In this document: one piece after another, positions 1 through 9,684 of the stretch
Numbering within the stretch: position 1 is the stretch's first letter
Layout of the letters: each line of letters starts with the position of its first letter
DNA from: an uncultured delta proteobacterium
Lineage (GTDB): Bacteria > Myxococcota_A > Polyangia > Polyangiales > Polyangiaceae
Assembly: GCA_963841435.1 (NCBI GenBank)
Contig: CAWJCS010000005.1
Span: 1,600,001 to 1,664,000 of the forward strand
DNA: 64,000 nt
Direction of reading: 5' to 3'
Translations under genes and position numbers: made by a program
The notes under the pieces: model-generated
Databases searched by the model: none
Told to the model about the DNA's origin: nothing
Seen by the model: the letters and a program-made list of their open reading frames with translations, nothing else

Positions 1-742
1 ACTCGAGCTCGGTCGGGGAAATCCAGGCCTCCCACGTGAAGTTTTTGGCGGTCGGAATCGAGAACGACGCGTGCGAAGGGATCGTGAGGTACTGCGACGA
101 GCCGTCGAACACGGCGCCGGAGTCGCCGTTCGGCAGGCTGCCCGTCGCCGGCGTGCCACCGCGGTAGCTGCCGTCGTGGCCGTGGCCGCTGAGATCCGCC
201 TCGGTGCCCGAGGTGGCGACCATGGGCCAGTAGCCGACCGGTGCCAGACTGAGCACGAGCGCGTCGTACGAGCCGCTGCTGCCCGACCGGCGCCAGCTGC
301 TGCCCGCCGAGCCGCCGCTGCCCGCGGCGCCACTGCTGCCCGCGGCGCCGGCATCGACGCCCGCCGAGCCACCGCTGCCCGCTTCAGCGCCACCCGAGCC
401 GCCGTTTGCTCCGCCGCTGCCCCCGGCGCCGCTGCCCGCAGCACCTGCCGAGCCGCCGCTGCCGGCGCCGTTGCCCGCGGCGCCGCCCCCGCCCGAGCCG
501 GCGGCGCTCGAGCCGCCCGTCGCACCGGCTGCGCCGCCCGTCGCACCGGCTGCGCCGCCCGTCGCACCGGCTGCGCCGCCCGTGCTCGTCCCGGCAGCCC
601 CACCGCTCGTCGCCGTGCCTCCGCTCCCCGAACCGCCCGTCTTGGTCGGGGGTCCGCTGTCGTCTCCGGAGCCGCAGCCGGCGGTGGTGCCGAGCGCGAA
701 GATCGCGAGAAGTCCTCTCGTCCGGGCCCTTTTCGCGAGCAT
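1..742 (-). CDS. Secreted lipoprotein with long Gly/Ser/Ala/Thr linker (3' end runs off the window)
   Basis: Not in ORF track because it has no stop in the window. ATG at 742 reads MLAKRARTRGLLAIFALGTTAG-C-GSGDDSG (lipobox) followed by GGAAGAT repeats; co-oriented with the two upstream genes. Confidence 0.75.
   Translation of the reverse strand, partial: MLAKRARTRGLLAIFALGTTAGCGSGDDSGPPTKTGGSGSGGTATSGGAAGTSTGGAAGATGGAAGATGGAAGATGGSSAAGSGGGGAAGNGAGSGGSAGAAGSGAGGSGGANGGSGGAEAGSGGSAGVDAGAAGSSGAAGSGGSAGSSWRRSGSSGSYDALVLSLAPVGYWPMVATSGTEADLSGHGHDGSYRGGTPATGSLPNGDSGAVFDGSSQYLTIPSHASFSIPTAKNFTWEAWISPTELE
512..583. repeat. Intragenic 21-bp tandem repeat (GCCGCCCGTCGCACCGGCTGC x3.4) encoding the GGAAGAT linker
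   Basis: Three exact copies plus a partial copy are visible in the sequence. Confidence 0.85.
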
Positions 743-807
743 CACCAAGTGGAGAACCCCAGGCTCGCCGCGACGGCTCACGCCCAGGCCAAGGCCGCGC
801 GGCGCAG

Positions 808-2469
808 CTACGGCATGTAGAAGTAGCGGCCCATCGAAATGGCGTAGCTACCACTCGTGTGGCGCGGCCCCTCGGGACTGTCGCCTTCGGCGTAGCCGAA
901 CTCGTCGGCGAAGCCCTCGGGTCCCGTGGCCTCGTCCACGGTTTGCGCGTCGCCGTGGGTCTCGACGCGCCACGTGACGTCGTCGCCGGGGCGCAGCGCG
1001 AAGCCGTTCTTGAACGTCGGCATCGTGACTTGCTTGCGCGTCGTCACGATGTAGACGCCCTCGTACCAGTTGTTGCTGATGGCAAACCAGACGTACGTCT
1101 TCGCGCTCCCGCTCCAACTGAAGGTGCTGTTCGCGCCGAGCGTCACGCCGTTGGCCGGCGCCGATTGCGTGGGCGGGGTGGGGATGTCGAGGTCGGCGCT
1201 GGTCTGCCCGCTCGTGAGACCGTCAACGTGTGCGACGGCGGCGGAGCCGAAGTACGCCGTGCCCTCCTGGGCAGCCACCGTGATGGTCGCCATCGGCAAG
1301 CTCGGCACCGTGTAGGCGTAATCCGTGAGCAGGCTCGAGCCGTAGTGCTCCACGACACGGATGTCGGCGCCCGTCGAGAAGCGCACCCAGACTCCGTTGG
1401 TGCGGTCGTCGGTCGTGGTGCTCGTGACGGTGCCGCCGACCGAGAAGGATGCGACCGTGTTCGGCGTGAAATCGAGCGTCACGCTTGCCGTGCCGCTGCC
1501 GTCGGTGAGCGCCACGGGCGCTGCCAAAGCGGAGTACGCCGTGTATTGGGTGGGAAGGCTGTTCGTCTCGAGCCAGGCGAGCGCGTGACCGCTCATGGTG
1601 ATGGTGCCCGGCCCGTACCAGGAATGCGACGTTTGGACCGCGCCCCCTTCGCGGCTCCAATTGCTGTACTCGCCGCCCAGCGCGCCCACGATCACCTCGT
1701 TGGAGGCGCCGCTCGCGTTCGTCGGCGTGTATTGGAGGTTGCCGTCGCGGAGGGTGAGGCCTTCGTACACCTCCAGCGTGGGATCACGGCGTGTGAGGCC
1801 CTCGTACACCCAGCCGTATTGCGGGCCGTCGTTGCCGTAGCGCCGGAAGGTGACGACGAGCTCGGCGTCATAGGTGTCCGGCACGTCGGCCATCGTGAAG
1901 TCGCCGTTGGTGTCGGTGTCGGCGTACTGGTCGCCAATCGTCACCGTGACGTTCGGGATCGGCTGCAGCCAGTGGTTGACGACGCGGCCGTGCACGGTGC
2001 CGTCCGTGCCGCCCGAGCCGGCGGTACCGGAGGACCCGCTCGAGCCGCTGGACCCACTCGAGCCGCTCGCCCCACCGGCGCCACTATTGCCACCGCCGCC
2101 GCTCGTGCCTCCCGTCATGTCCTGACCCGCTTCGCCGCCCTCGCCGCCTCCGCCCGTCGAGCCGCCGGTCGTGCCCGCGCTCCCGCCGCTCGAGCCGCCC
2201 TTGCCGCCCGCCGCTCCGCTTCCGCCCGTTGCGCCCGAGCTGCCGCCGACACCGCTTCCGCTCGAGCCGCCCTTGCCACCCGCCGCTCCGCTTCCGCCCT
2301 GGCCACCGGTCCCCGCCCCGGTCTCGGGATCCGGGTGTAGCTCCTCGACACCGAGCAGCGACGTGCAGGCGACGGCGACGGCCGCAACGGGGAGAATTGC
2401 GCGCGGCACGAGCCAGCGCACCCAGCGCCCGGTCGATGCCCCATCCCCCTTCGACTTGTTCGACGTCAT
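808..2469 (-). CDS. Lipoprotein: Gly/Ser linker + carboxypeptidase-regulatory-like domain + beta-rich C-terminus
   Basis: Lipobox AVAVAC; Gly-rich tract; VHGRVVNHWLQPIPNVTVTIG...TDTNGDF is typical of CarboxypepD_reg-like domains. Confidence 0.75.
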   Translation of the reverse strand: MTSNKSKGDGASTGRWVRWLVPRAILPVAAVAVACTSLLGVEELHPDPETGAGTGGQGGSGAAGGKGGSSGSGVGGSSGATGGSGAAGGKGGSSGGSAGTTGGSTGGGGEGGEAGQDMTGGTSGGGGNSGAGGASGSSGSSGSSGSSGTAGSGGTDGTVHGRVVNHWLQPIPNVTVTIGDQYADTDTNGDFTMADVPDTYDAELVVTFRRYGNDGPQYGWVYEGLTRRDPTLEVYEGLTLRDGNLQYTPTNASGASNEVIVGALGGEYSNWSREGGAVQTSHSWYGPGTITMSGHALAWLETNSLPTQYTAYSALAAPVALTDGSGTASVTLDFTPNTVASFSVGGTVTSTTTDDRTNGVWVRFSTGADIRVVEHYGSSLLTDYAYTVPSLPMATITVAAQEGTAYFGSAAVAHVDGLTSGQTSADLDIPTPPTQSAPANGVTLGANSTFSWSGSAKTYVWFAISNNWYEGVYIVTTRKQVTMPTFKNGFALRPGDDVTWRVETHGDAQTVDEATGPEGFADEFGYAEGDSPEGPRHTSGSYAISMGRYFYMP

Positions 2470-2471
2470 TT

Positions 2472-3443
2472 TTAGAAGCTCCCGTTCAAGCTAACGCTGC
2501 TCGGACCGATCCCCACCGCGACCGACTCCTTCTTCGACGAGCCGGCCGTGAAGTAAAGGACGGCGCCGCCCGCGAGCCCGACGCCGCCGACGATGAAGCC
2601 GATCGTCGAAATGGTGGCCTGGCTCTTCGCGTCCTTCTGCAAGCTCGTGCCCTCGTCGCCGCAGTCGTACGGATACGAGCGGCAATGCGACTTGGCGTCG
2701 GACCACGTCGAAGAGGCTTTGAGGCCGAAAAAGCTGCCGAGACCGATCCCGACGACGCCGATCCCACCGGCGACGATACCGAGCACGCGCTGCGTCGAGC
2801 CGCTGTCGCTCGTCGTCGCGGGCGTGGTCTCGCCGCCTGCGGCCGGGGGCGCCGGCGTCGAGCCGGAGGCGTCGGTCAGCACGGGGATCTCGACGGCCTT
2901 CGTCGACGAGCCCTCTCCGATCTCCACGCTGAGGCTCCACGGCTCCTTGCCGGGGGCGCTCACTTCGATCACGTGCTTGCCGGGATCGACCGGAATGGCG
3001 ACCGCGAGCTCTGCAGCGCTGACGACCTCGCCGTCGCGAGTGATGGTCATGTCGGAAGCATCGCCCGCGCCGGGCTTCAGGTTGATGGCAAGCTTGGAGA
3101 TCTTCGGCTCGAGCTCGCGGCTCTTCTGCTCGGCCAGGTCCTCGCGCTCCTTCGCGCCTGCCTGGCGCGCGAGCGAGACGATCTCGCGGTACTGCGCCCA
3201 GGCGCTCGCGGTGCGCCCGAGCCGCTCGTAACACTCGGCGATGTTGAGCAGCGTTCCGAGCCCCGGGTCGAGGTTTTGGCTCGCCTTGAGCTTGGCGACC
3301 GCCTCGTCGTAGCGACCCGAGGACATCAGGCTCCGGCCCTCGTTGAAAAGTGCCTCCGCCGCCGCCTTGTTGGACTCCGAAGCCAACGAGACGGCCGGAG
3401 CGCTGCACACACCCATCGCCAACACCAACGCGAGCCACCGCAT
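2472..3443 (-). CDS. TPR + PEGA-like domain secreted/membrane protein
   Basis: Signal peptide; TPR helices (AEALFNEGR...LLNIAECYERLGRTASAW); PEGA-like IPVDPGKHVIEVSAPG; two C-terminal hydrophobic segments. Confidence 0.8.
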   Translation of the reverse strand: MRWLALVLAMGVCSAPAVSLASESNKAAAEALFNEGRSLMSSGRYDEAVAKLKASQNLDPGLGTLLNIAECYERLGRTASAWAQYREIVSLARQAGAKEREDLAEQKSRELEPKISKLAINLKPGAGDASDMTITRDGEVVSAAELAVAIPVDPGKHVIEVSAPGKEPWSLSVEIGEGSSTKAVEIPVLTDASGSTPAPPAAGGETTPATTSDSGSTQRVLGIVAGGIGVVGIGLGSFFGLKASSTWSDAKSHCRSYPYDCGDEGTSLQKDAKSQATISTIGFIVGGVGLAGGAVLYFTAGSSKKESVAVGIGPSSVSLNGSF

Positions 3444-3626
3444 CCGTCAACCGGTACCGCGCCCGCCGCCCGGCGACAACCGGTCGCTCGGCGGACCTCG
3501 ACAATCGCGGCCTTGTCCGCGTGCGTGCGCCGGGTGCCCCGGGTTCGAACGCGCAGCCGGGGCACCACGGGCCCCGCGGACGCGCTCGCGCCCAGGTCGG
3601 CGAACCGCGCTAGTCTCCCGCGCGCC

Positions 3627-4601
3627 GTGACACCCGCGATCTACTGTCGAGCGCTCGTCAAACGCTATGGGGCGGTGGCCGCGGTCGATGGCATCGACCT
3701 CTCCGTCGCCCCCGGTGAATGCTTCGGTCTGCTCGGCCCGAACGGCGCCGGCAAGACGACCACGGTGGAAATGCTGGAGGGCCTCACGCCCAAGGACGCG
3801 GGCGTCGTCGAGCTATTCGGCATCTCGTGGCGAAGCGGGCGCGACCGCGAGATCCGCCAGCGTCTCGGTGTGCAGCTTCAGGACACACAGCTCGCGGATA
3901 AGCTTCGCGTGGAGGAAGTGTTCACGCTGTTTCGCTCGTTCTATCCGCGCGGGCGGCACCCCGACGAGCTCGTCGAGCTCATGGAGCTCGGCCCCGACCG
4001 CAAGAAGTACTATTCGTCGCTGTCGGGTGGCCTCAAGCAACGCGTTGCGCTCGGCTGCGCGCTCGCGGGGGATCCGGAGCTCCTGTTCCTCGACGAGCCG
4101 ACGACGGGGCTCGATCCACGGGCCAGAAAGCTGCTCTGGGGCGTCGTGGACCGCTTTCGGGCAGCGGGTGGCACCGTGCTCATCACGACGCACTACATGG
4201 AAGAGGCCACGGCGCTCTGCGACCGCGTGGCGATCATGGATCACGGCAAGATCATTGCGCTCGGCACGCCGCGCGCGCTCGTCGATGGTCTCGGTCTCGT
4301 GCAATTCGTCGAGTTCGAATCCGCCCGCGCGCTCGACGAGGCCGCGCTCTGCGACCGCGCCGCCGTGCAGCACGTCGAAAGGCGGGGGGATCGCTTTCGG
4401 CTGCAGCTCGACCGCAGCGTCGCGGCCATGACCCGCGTGCTCGACGAGCTCGAGCGCCAAAAGGTCCAACCGATCGGGTTGAGCGCGCACCAGGCGACCC
4501 TCGACGACGTGTTCCTCGCGCTCACGGGCCGTGCTCTCACGACCGAGCAGGCCCAGGGTGCAAAGGACGTTGCGGTTGCGGCCGCCTCGGGGGCGGCGTG
4601 A
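3627..4601 (+). CDS. ABC transporter ATP-binding protein (ABC-2 export type)
   Basis: Walker A GPNGAGKTT, LSGG signature, Walker B LLFLDEPTTG; GTG start at 3627. Confidence 0.95.
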   Translation: MTPAIYCRALVKRYGAVAAVDGIDLSVAPGECFGLLGPNGAGKTTTVEMLEGLTPKDAGVVELFGISWRSGRDREIRQRLGVQLQDTQLADKLRVEEVFTLFRSFYPRGRHPDELVELMELGPDRKKYYSSLSGGLKQRVALGCALAGDPELLFLDEPTTGLDPRARKLLWGVVDRFRAAGGTVLITTHYMEEATALCDRVAIMDHGKIIALGTPRALVDGLGLVQFVEFESARALDEAALCDRAAVQHVERRGDRFRLQLDRSVAAMTRVLDELERQKVQPIGLSAHQATLDDVFLALTGRALTTEQAQGAKDVAVAAASGAA

Positions 4602-5644
4602 GCGAGCCGGCGTTTGCTCCGAATCCGCTCGTCGAGCTCACGAAGGTGCGGCTCAGGGAGTTCGTGCGCGAAAAGGGCGTCCTGTTCTGGGTGTTCGCCT
4701 TCCCGCTACTCATGGCCATCGGGCTCGGTGTGGCTTTTCGCGAAAAACCCATAGAGCCGCCGCGCGTCGGCGTCGTCGTCGAAGAAGACGGGCCCGAGGT
4801 CCGCGCGCTGCTCGCGAGCCCCGAGATCCGCGCCGAACGCATGGGTCGCGCCGAGGCGGCCCGCGCGCTGGGCCGCACCAAGATCGATCTGATCGTCGCC
4901 TGGGAGCAGGGTCGTCCCGTGCTTCGCTACGATCCGGCGGCCGACCGAGCGCCACTCGCCCGCGCCCTCACCACCGACGCGCTCGAGCGCCATGCCGGGC
5001 GCAAGGATCGACTGAACGTCGCCGCGCACCCCGTGACACGTCCCGGGACGCGCTACATCGACTTTCTGATTCCCGGTCTGATCGGCATGAACATCATGGG
5101 CACGAGCATGTGGGGGGTGGGCTACAATCTCGTCATCGCGCGCAAGCGGCGCCTGCTCCGCCGCTACGCCGTGACGCCCATGCGTCACGCCCATTTCTTG
5201 CTGTCGTACTTCATCTCGCGCAGCATCTTCCTCGTGGTCGAGCTCGGCGTGCTGGTCACCTTCGGCTGGCTCGCCTTCGGCACGGAGGTGCGCGGCCACC
5301 TCCTGTCGGTGCCGATCGTCGCGCTCTTCGGGGCGTCGGCGTTCGCCGCCGTCAGCCTGATCATCGGCGCGCGCGTCGATACCACCGAAGCCGCGAACGG
5401 CTGGATGAACTTCGTGCAACTGCCGATGTGGGTGCTCTCCGGCGCGTTCTTCTCCTACGAGCGCTTTCCAGCGTTCCTCCAGGAGCCGATCCGCTTGCTG
5501 CCGCTGACCGCGCTCTGTGAGGCCCTGCGCACCGTCTACGCGGGCGAGGGGTCGATCCTCACGCTGGCCGAACCCCTCGGGGTGCTCACGCTGTGGAGCG
5601 TCGTGGGCTACGCCGTCGCCGCGCGCACTTTCCGCTGGCAGTAG
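4598..5644 (+). CDS. ABC-2 type permease
   Basis: GTGA overlap with the ATPase; YIDFLIPGLIGMNIM and LSGAFFS motifs; about 6 TM segments. Confidence 0.93.
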   Translation: MSEPAFAPNPLVELTKVRLREFVREKGVLFWVFAFPLLMAIGLGVAFREKPIEPPRVGVVVEEDGPEVRALLASPEIRAERMGRAEAARALGRTKIDLIVAWEQGRPVLRYDPAADRAPLARALTTDALERHAGRKDRLNVAAHPVTRPGTRYIDFLIPGLIGMNIMGTSMWGVGYNLVIARKRRLLRRYAVTPMRHAHFLLSYFISRSIFLVVELGVLVTFGWLAFGTEVRGHLLSVPIVALFGASAFAAVSLIIGARVDTTEAANGWMNFVQLPMWVLSGAFFSYERFPAFLQEPIRLLPLTALCEALRTVYAGEGSILTLAEPLGVLTLWSVVGYAVAARTFRWQ

Positions 5645-5645
5645 C

Positions 5646-6815
5646 GTGAACCGCAACGTCGTCTTGCTCGCGGGGCTGCAGGCGCTCTTGCTCGCCAACA
5701 ACGCCACCGCGATCGCACTCAACGCGCTCGCGGGCCGCGCACTGTCGCCCGACAAGTCGCTTGCGACCTTGCCCGTGACCAGTTGGGTGCTCGGCTCGGC
5801 CGTGTCGACGTTCTGGGCGTCGGGCTTGATGCGCCGCATCGGGCGGCGTGCGGGCTTCACGGTGGGCTCGTGGTTCGGGGTCGCAGGTACGGCGCTTTGC
5901 TCGCTTGCCGTGTACCGCGGCGCCTTCTGGCCGTTCGTCGCCGGGACGGCCGTGCTCGGCGTCTACAACGCGTTCGGCCAGTACCACCGCTTCGCCGCCG
6001 CCGACGCCGTCGACGCCCCTTTCCGCGCCCGCGCCATCTCGCACGTGCTCGCCGGGGGCCTTTTGGGCGGGGTGGCCGGACCCGCGCTCAGCCGCGTGAC
6101 GATCCACGCCTTCGCGACGCCATATCTCGGCTCGTACCTGTCTTTGTTCGGCTTTCTCGGTCTCGCTCTCGCCGGCCAGCGCTTGCTCGATCTGCCATCC
6201 GAGCCGCCCGCGTCCCGCGGCGAGGCCGCGCGATCACTCGGTCGTATCGCCACCGAGCCTGCCTTCATGGTGGCGGTGTTGAGCGCCGCCTTCGGCTACG
6301 GCGTGATGAACCTGCTCATGACCGCGACGCCGCTCGCCATGGGCGTCTGCGGCCATCCTTACGACGCAGCGGCGATGGTCATCGCGTCCCACGTCGTGGG
6401 CATGTACGCGCCGTCCTTCTTCACGGGTGATCTCATCCGCCGTTTCGGCGCCATCCCCGTGATGTCGGTCGGCGCCGCGCTCAACATGGCATGCGTCTTC
6501 ATCGCGCTCGCGGGGGTGCGCGTTTCGAACTTCTGGTGGGCGCTCGTCCTGCTCGGCGTCGGCTGGAACCTCCTCTACGTCGGCGCGACGACCCTGCTCA
6601 CGGGCGTCTACCGCCCCGCGGAGAAGGCCAAAGCGCAGGGGCTGAACGATGCCATCATCTTCGCGACGATGGCCGTGTCGTCCTTCTCCTCGGGCGTCAT
6701 TTTCCAGGCGAGCGGCTGGTCGGCGCTGAACCGCGTCGCGGTCCCGTTCGTGCTCGCGATCGCTGCGGCTCTGTGGCTGTTCTCGCGCTTTGCGCGCGCG
6801 CTCGCGCGGGGCTGA
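5646..6815 (+). CDS. MFS transporter
   Basis: About 12 TM segments; motif A-like GLMRRIGRR and GDLIRRFG; GTG at 5646 directly after the permease stop. Confidence 0.9.
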   Translation: MNRNVVLLAGLQALLLANNATAIALNALAGRALSPDKSLATLPVTSWVLGSAVSTFWASGLMRRIGRRAGFTVGSWFGVAGTALCSLAVYRGAFWPFVAGTAVLGVYNAFGQYHRFAAADAVDAPFRARAISHVLAGGLLGGVAGPALSRVTIHAFATPYLGSYLSLFGFLGLALAGQRLLDLPSEPPASRGEAARSLGRIATEPAFMVAVLSAAFGYGVMNLLMTATPLAMGVCGHPYDAAAMVIASHVVGMYAPSFFTGDLIRRFGAIPVMSVGAALNMACVFIALAGVRVSNFWWALVLLGVGWNLLYVGATTLLTGVYRPAEKAKAQGLNDAIIFATMAVSSFSSGVIFQASGWSALNRVAVPFVLAIAAALWLFSRFARALARG

Positions 6816-6917
6816 AACGACCGAAAGAGGAGGCCTCGCGGCCGGTCGCGACGCCCGTTGGCTCCGGCCGCTTGTGCTTCCGTGCGCCGCCTGCTACGAG
6901 AGCGCCGTTCGCGCTAC

Positions 6918-7000
6918 GGGTCCGCCAACAGCGCAGCTTGAACTCCGCCAGGCCCGGAAGGGAGCAACGGTAGAGAAAAGCGGGTGTGGCGGGCCCACCA
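6918..7000 (+). ncRNA. ffs: Signal recognition particle 4.5S RNA
   Basis: Domain IV motif CCAGGCCCGGAAGGGAGCAAC with GGAA tetraloop; closing stem GGGTCCGCC/GGCGGGCCC; intergenic location. Confidence 0.92.
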
Positions 7001-7050
7001 ATTTCGCGTGACCGTGCGGCGTCTCGTCGCTGCCTTCGCGGAACACGGCA

Positions 7051-7731
7051 CTACGTGCCGAACATCTCGATCACGGCGCCGTTGTGCGAAGCCGGCGCGT
7101 CGAGCGCGAAGTAGACGAGCGTGCGGGCAACGTCGTCCGCCGTCATGCGCGGCGGGAAGCCGCTACCCTCGAGCATGCGCGTCGCCGTCGAGCCGGGCAG
7201 CACGGCGACCACGCTCACGCCGCTTTCCGTGAGCTCGGCGGCGAGGCTCTTGGTGAAGCCGACGAGCGCCCACTTCGACGCGCAGTAGGCCGCGAGGCCG
7301 GCCGTCCCTTGCGTCGAGGAAATGCTGCCCACGTTGACGATGCGGCCGTGTCCGGCGCGGCGCATCGCGGTCACGAGCTCACGGCAGAGCACGAACGGTG
7401 CGCGCAGGTTCACGGCGAGCGTCTCGTCCCACACGTCGTTCTGGGTGGCCTCGACGGCAAGCCGCGGCGCGACGCCCGCGTTGTTGACGAGCACGCTCGG
7501 TGAAAGCGCGGCAACCTCGCGCGCGACGCGCTCGGTGGCGTCCGCGTTTTTGAGATCGCACGCCAGAAGGGAGACCTCGGGTGCGCCTTCGGCGCGGCAG
7601 AGCGCGCCCGTCTCCTCGTGCTCGGCCGAAGGCCGCCCCACGAGCGCGAGCGACAGGCCGCGCCGTGCGAGCCCGAGCGCCGTGGCGCGACCGATGCCAC
7701 GGCTCGCTCCGGTGACGACGCCGAGCGTCAC
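7051..7731 (-). CDS. SDR family oxidoreductase
   Basis: TGASRGIG, NNAG and YCASK motifs; GTG start overlaps the folE stop (GTGA). Confidence 0.92.
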   Translation of the reverse strand: MTLGVVTGASRGIGRATALGLARRGLSLALVGRPSAEHEETGALCRAEGAPEVSLLACDLKNADATERVAREVAALSPSVLVNNAGVAPRLAVEATQNDVWDETLAVNLRAPFVLCRELVTAMRRAGHGRIVNVGSISSTQGTAGLAAYCASKWALVGFTKSLAAELTESGVSVVAVLPGSTATRMLEGSGFPPRMTADDVARTLVYFALDAPASHNGAVIEMFGT

Positions 7732-8297
7732 GCCCCCGTTCCCGCGGTGCGCCCGAGCGCGAGTAGCACCTCGGTGTCGCCGAGCTCGCCCTTGCGAGCG
7801 ATCACCGTGGCCCGCGCGCGCGTTTGGCACGCGCCGCGCGCGCTCAAGCAGCCGTGGGCGAGCGTCAGCTCGACGTAGGCCCCGCGCGCGCCGGCGCGCT
7901 CCATCAAGGCGCGCACCGTGTCCTCTGCGATCGTTTCCTCGAGCGCCAGGCGTCGTGCACAGGCGTCGACGAGCCGCGCGATCGTGCCGAGGCCGAGCAG
8001 GCGGGCGCCGGGCCGGTACACGACTGCGGCCGTGCCGACACCGGGCATCAGGTGATGCGGGCAGACCGTCGCCACGTCGATTCCCGTGAGCGCGACGATC
8101 GCCGCGCCAGGCGACGCCGGGCTCGAGCCCTCGGCGATCAGCTGGTCGAGATCGACGGCGTAGCCGCGCAGGAGCTCCTCGCCGAAGGCCGAAACCACGC
8201 GCGTCGGGGTCTCGCGAAGCTCGGGGTCCTTCGCGGGGTCGTGACCGAGCGCGCGCAAGAACTCGGCGATCGCCGCTTCGGCGCGAGCGCGATCCAT
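7728..8297 (-). CDS. folE: GTP cyclohydrolase I
   Basis: ELRETPTRV, CPHHLMP (canonical CEHH), GLGTIARLVD and HGCLSARG motifs. Confidence 0.88.
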   Translation of the reverse strand: MDRARAEAAIAEFLRALGHDPAKDPELRETPTRVVSAFGEELLRGYAVDLDQLIAEGSSPASPGAAIVALTGIDVATVCPHHLMPGVGTAAVVYRPGARLLGLGTIARLVDACARRLALEETIAEDTVRALMERAGARGAYVELTLAHGCLSARGACQTRARATVIARKGELGDTEVLLALGRTAGTGA

Positions 8298-8755
8298 CAG
8301 TTCAAGAGGGCGCGGCGAACGTCCGGGGTGAGCGCGCGCCGGCCTGCGTACCCGGCGTCGAGGTCGTGATAGTAGCCGACGCTTTCTTCCCCGTAGCGCC
8401 AGCACAGCCACACGGAGCGCCCGTCGATGCGCCCGTAGAAGTCCACTAGCCCGATCTGCGGATCCTTGACGATGCCGCCGAGCGACTTAACTCGTTCCCA
8501 GCCGGCCTCGTAGCGCCGCACGCGGTCGCGCAGATCGCCCTTCACGCGGGCAACCTCGCTCGAATCGTCCTCGTGCTTTGCGAGTGTGCGCGGCGGGCGG
8601 CCGCTCAGCTGGGTGAGCCGTGCGAGCCCTTGCTCGATCTCGCTCTGCTCGCGCAGCTGCTGTGCGACCAGCACAGAAAGCGACGGAATCAGCGCGTTGA
8701 TCTCCGCAACCGTGAACAGTCGCGGACCGGGCTCCGCGCGCCGCTCTGTCGTCAT
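8297..8755 (-). CDS. DUF2203-family protein
   Basis: LFTVAE N-terminus; VKDPQIGLVDF...LCWRYGE...YYH...GYAGRR pattern. Confidence 0.85.
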   Translation of the reverse strand: MTTERRAEPGPRLFTVAEINALIPSLSVLVAQQLREQSEIEQGLARLTQLSGRPPRTLAKHEDDSSEVARVKGDLRDRVRRYEAGWERVKSLGGIVKDPQIGLVDFYGRIDGRSVWLCWRYGEESVGYYHDLDAGYAGRRALTPDVRRALLN

Positions 8756-8825
8756 CGAGGCTCAAGCTTAGGAAGCGGAACGGGGTCGGTCAAGGCGACC
8801 CCCGGACAGGTCGTGGCCGGCGGGT

Positions 8826-9684
8826 TCAGCGGCTAGGCCACAGCAGAATGCCGAGCTTCGTGAGAAAAAAGTCCGCAATGAGAATGGCTATCGAAATGGT
8901 AACGACGGAACGCGTCGTGCTGTGGCCGACGCCGGCCGTCCCGCCCCTCGTCGTCAGGCCGAAATGGCAGCCGACGAGCGCGATGATGGCACCGAAAACT
9001 GGCGTCTTGATGAGACCCGCCAGGAACGTCCGGCATGGTCACCACGGAGAGCGCCGAGCGATAAAAGAACGCCGCCGGCACCTGGAACTCGAGGTCGGTG
9101 ACGATCATGGCGCCCGTGAAACCGAGCACGAGCGCAAAGCCGCCGAGGATGGGCATGACGATGACGGAAGCCACGAGCCGCGGCCACACGAGCTTCTTCA
9201 GCGGGTCGGCACCGAGCGCGCGCACGGCGTCGATCTGCTCCGTGACGTTCATGGCGCCGACCTCGGCCGCCATGCCCGAGCCGATGCGACCGCCGACGAT
9301 GATGGCCGTGAGCGACGGCGCGAGCTCGCGGGCGAACGAGAGCGCGACCACGCGGCCCGTGTACTCCATCCCGCCGAATTTTCGCAGCCCGAACGCGAAC
9401 TGGACGGCCATCACCATGCCGATGAAGACGCTCGTCACCACGACGATGCCCACGGACGCCACGCCGAGCGACTCGAGCTGGTGCACGATCTCGCGCCACT
9501 CGAACGGCCGCCGGAAGCCGGCGCGCACGGCACCGTAGAACATGCTGCTCACGCGTCCGAGGTGCTCGAGGAAGCGCACGGCTTGGTCGCCCACTCGCGC
9601 CACGAGCCCGCGCGGTGGCGGCGGCGGCCAGATGCTCGGCCGAAGGCTCTGCCGTGCACTTTCGGGAGGCGCTTCCGAGGTCAT
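8826..9684 (-). CDS. mlaE: MlaE family ABC permease (apparent +1 frameshift at ~9027)
   Basis: RELAP, GRIGSGMAAEVGAMNVTEQIDA and ALGADP motifs. The canonical C-terminus (GLIKTPVFG...GGTAGVGHSTTRSVV) continues in another frame after one extra G, ending at TGA 8826. Confidence 0.88.

Noticed and set aside
2229-3626. Long N-terminal extension of the ABC ATPase, and the many other Arg/Ala/Pro-rich overlapping ORFs in the track
   Set aside because: These are shadow ORFs expected at this GC content; they overlap better-supported genes and have no motifs.
6918-7000. tRNA suggested by the terminal stem followed by ACCA
   Set aside because: No D or T arms; the GGAA-loop domain IV identifies it as SRP RNA.
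9020-9035. Programmed frameshifting or phase variation in mlaE, rph and others
   Set aside because: There are no slippery sequences or repeat tracts at the sites; uniform insertion errors explain them more simply.
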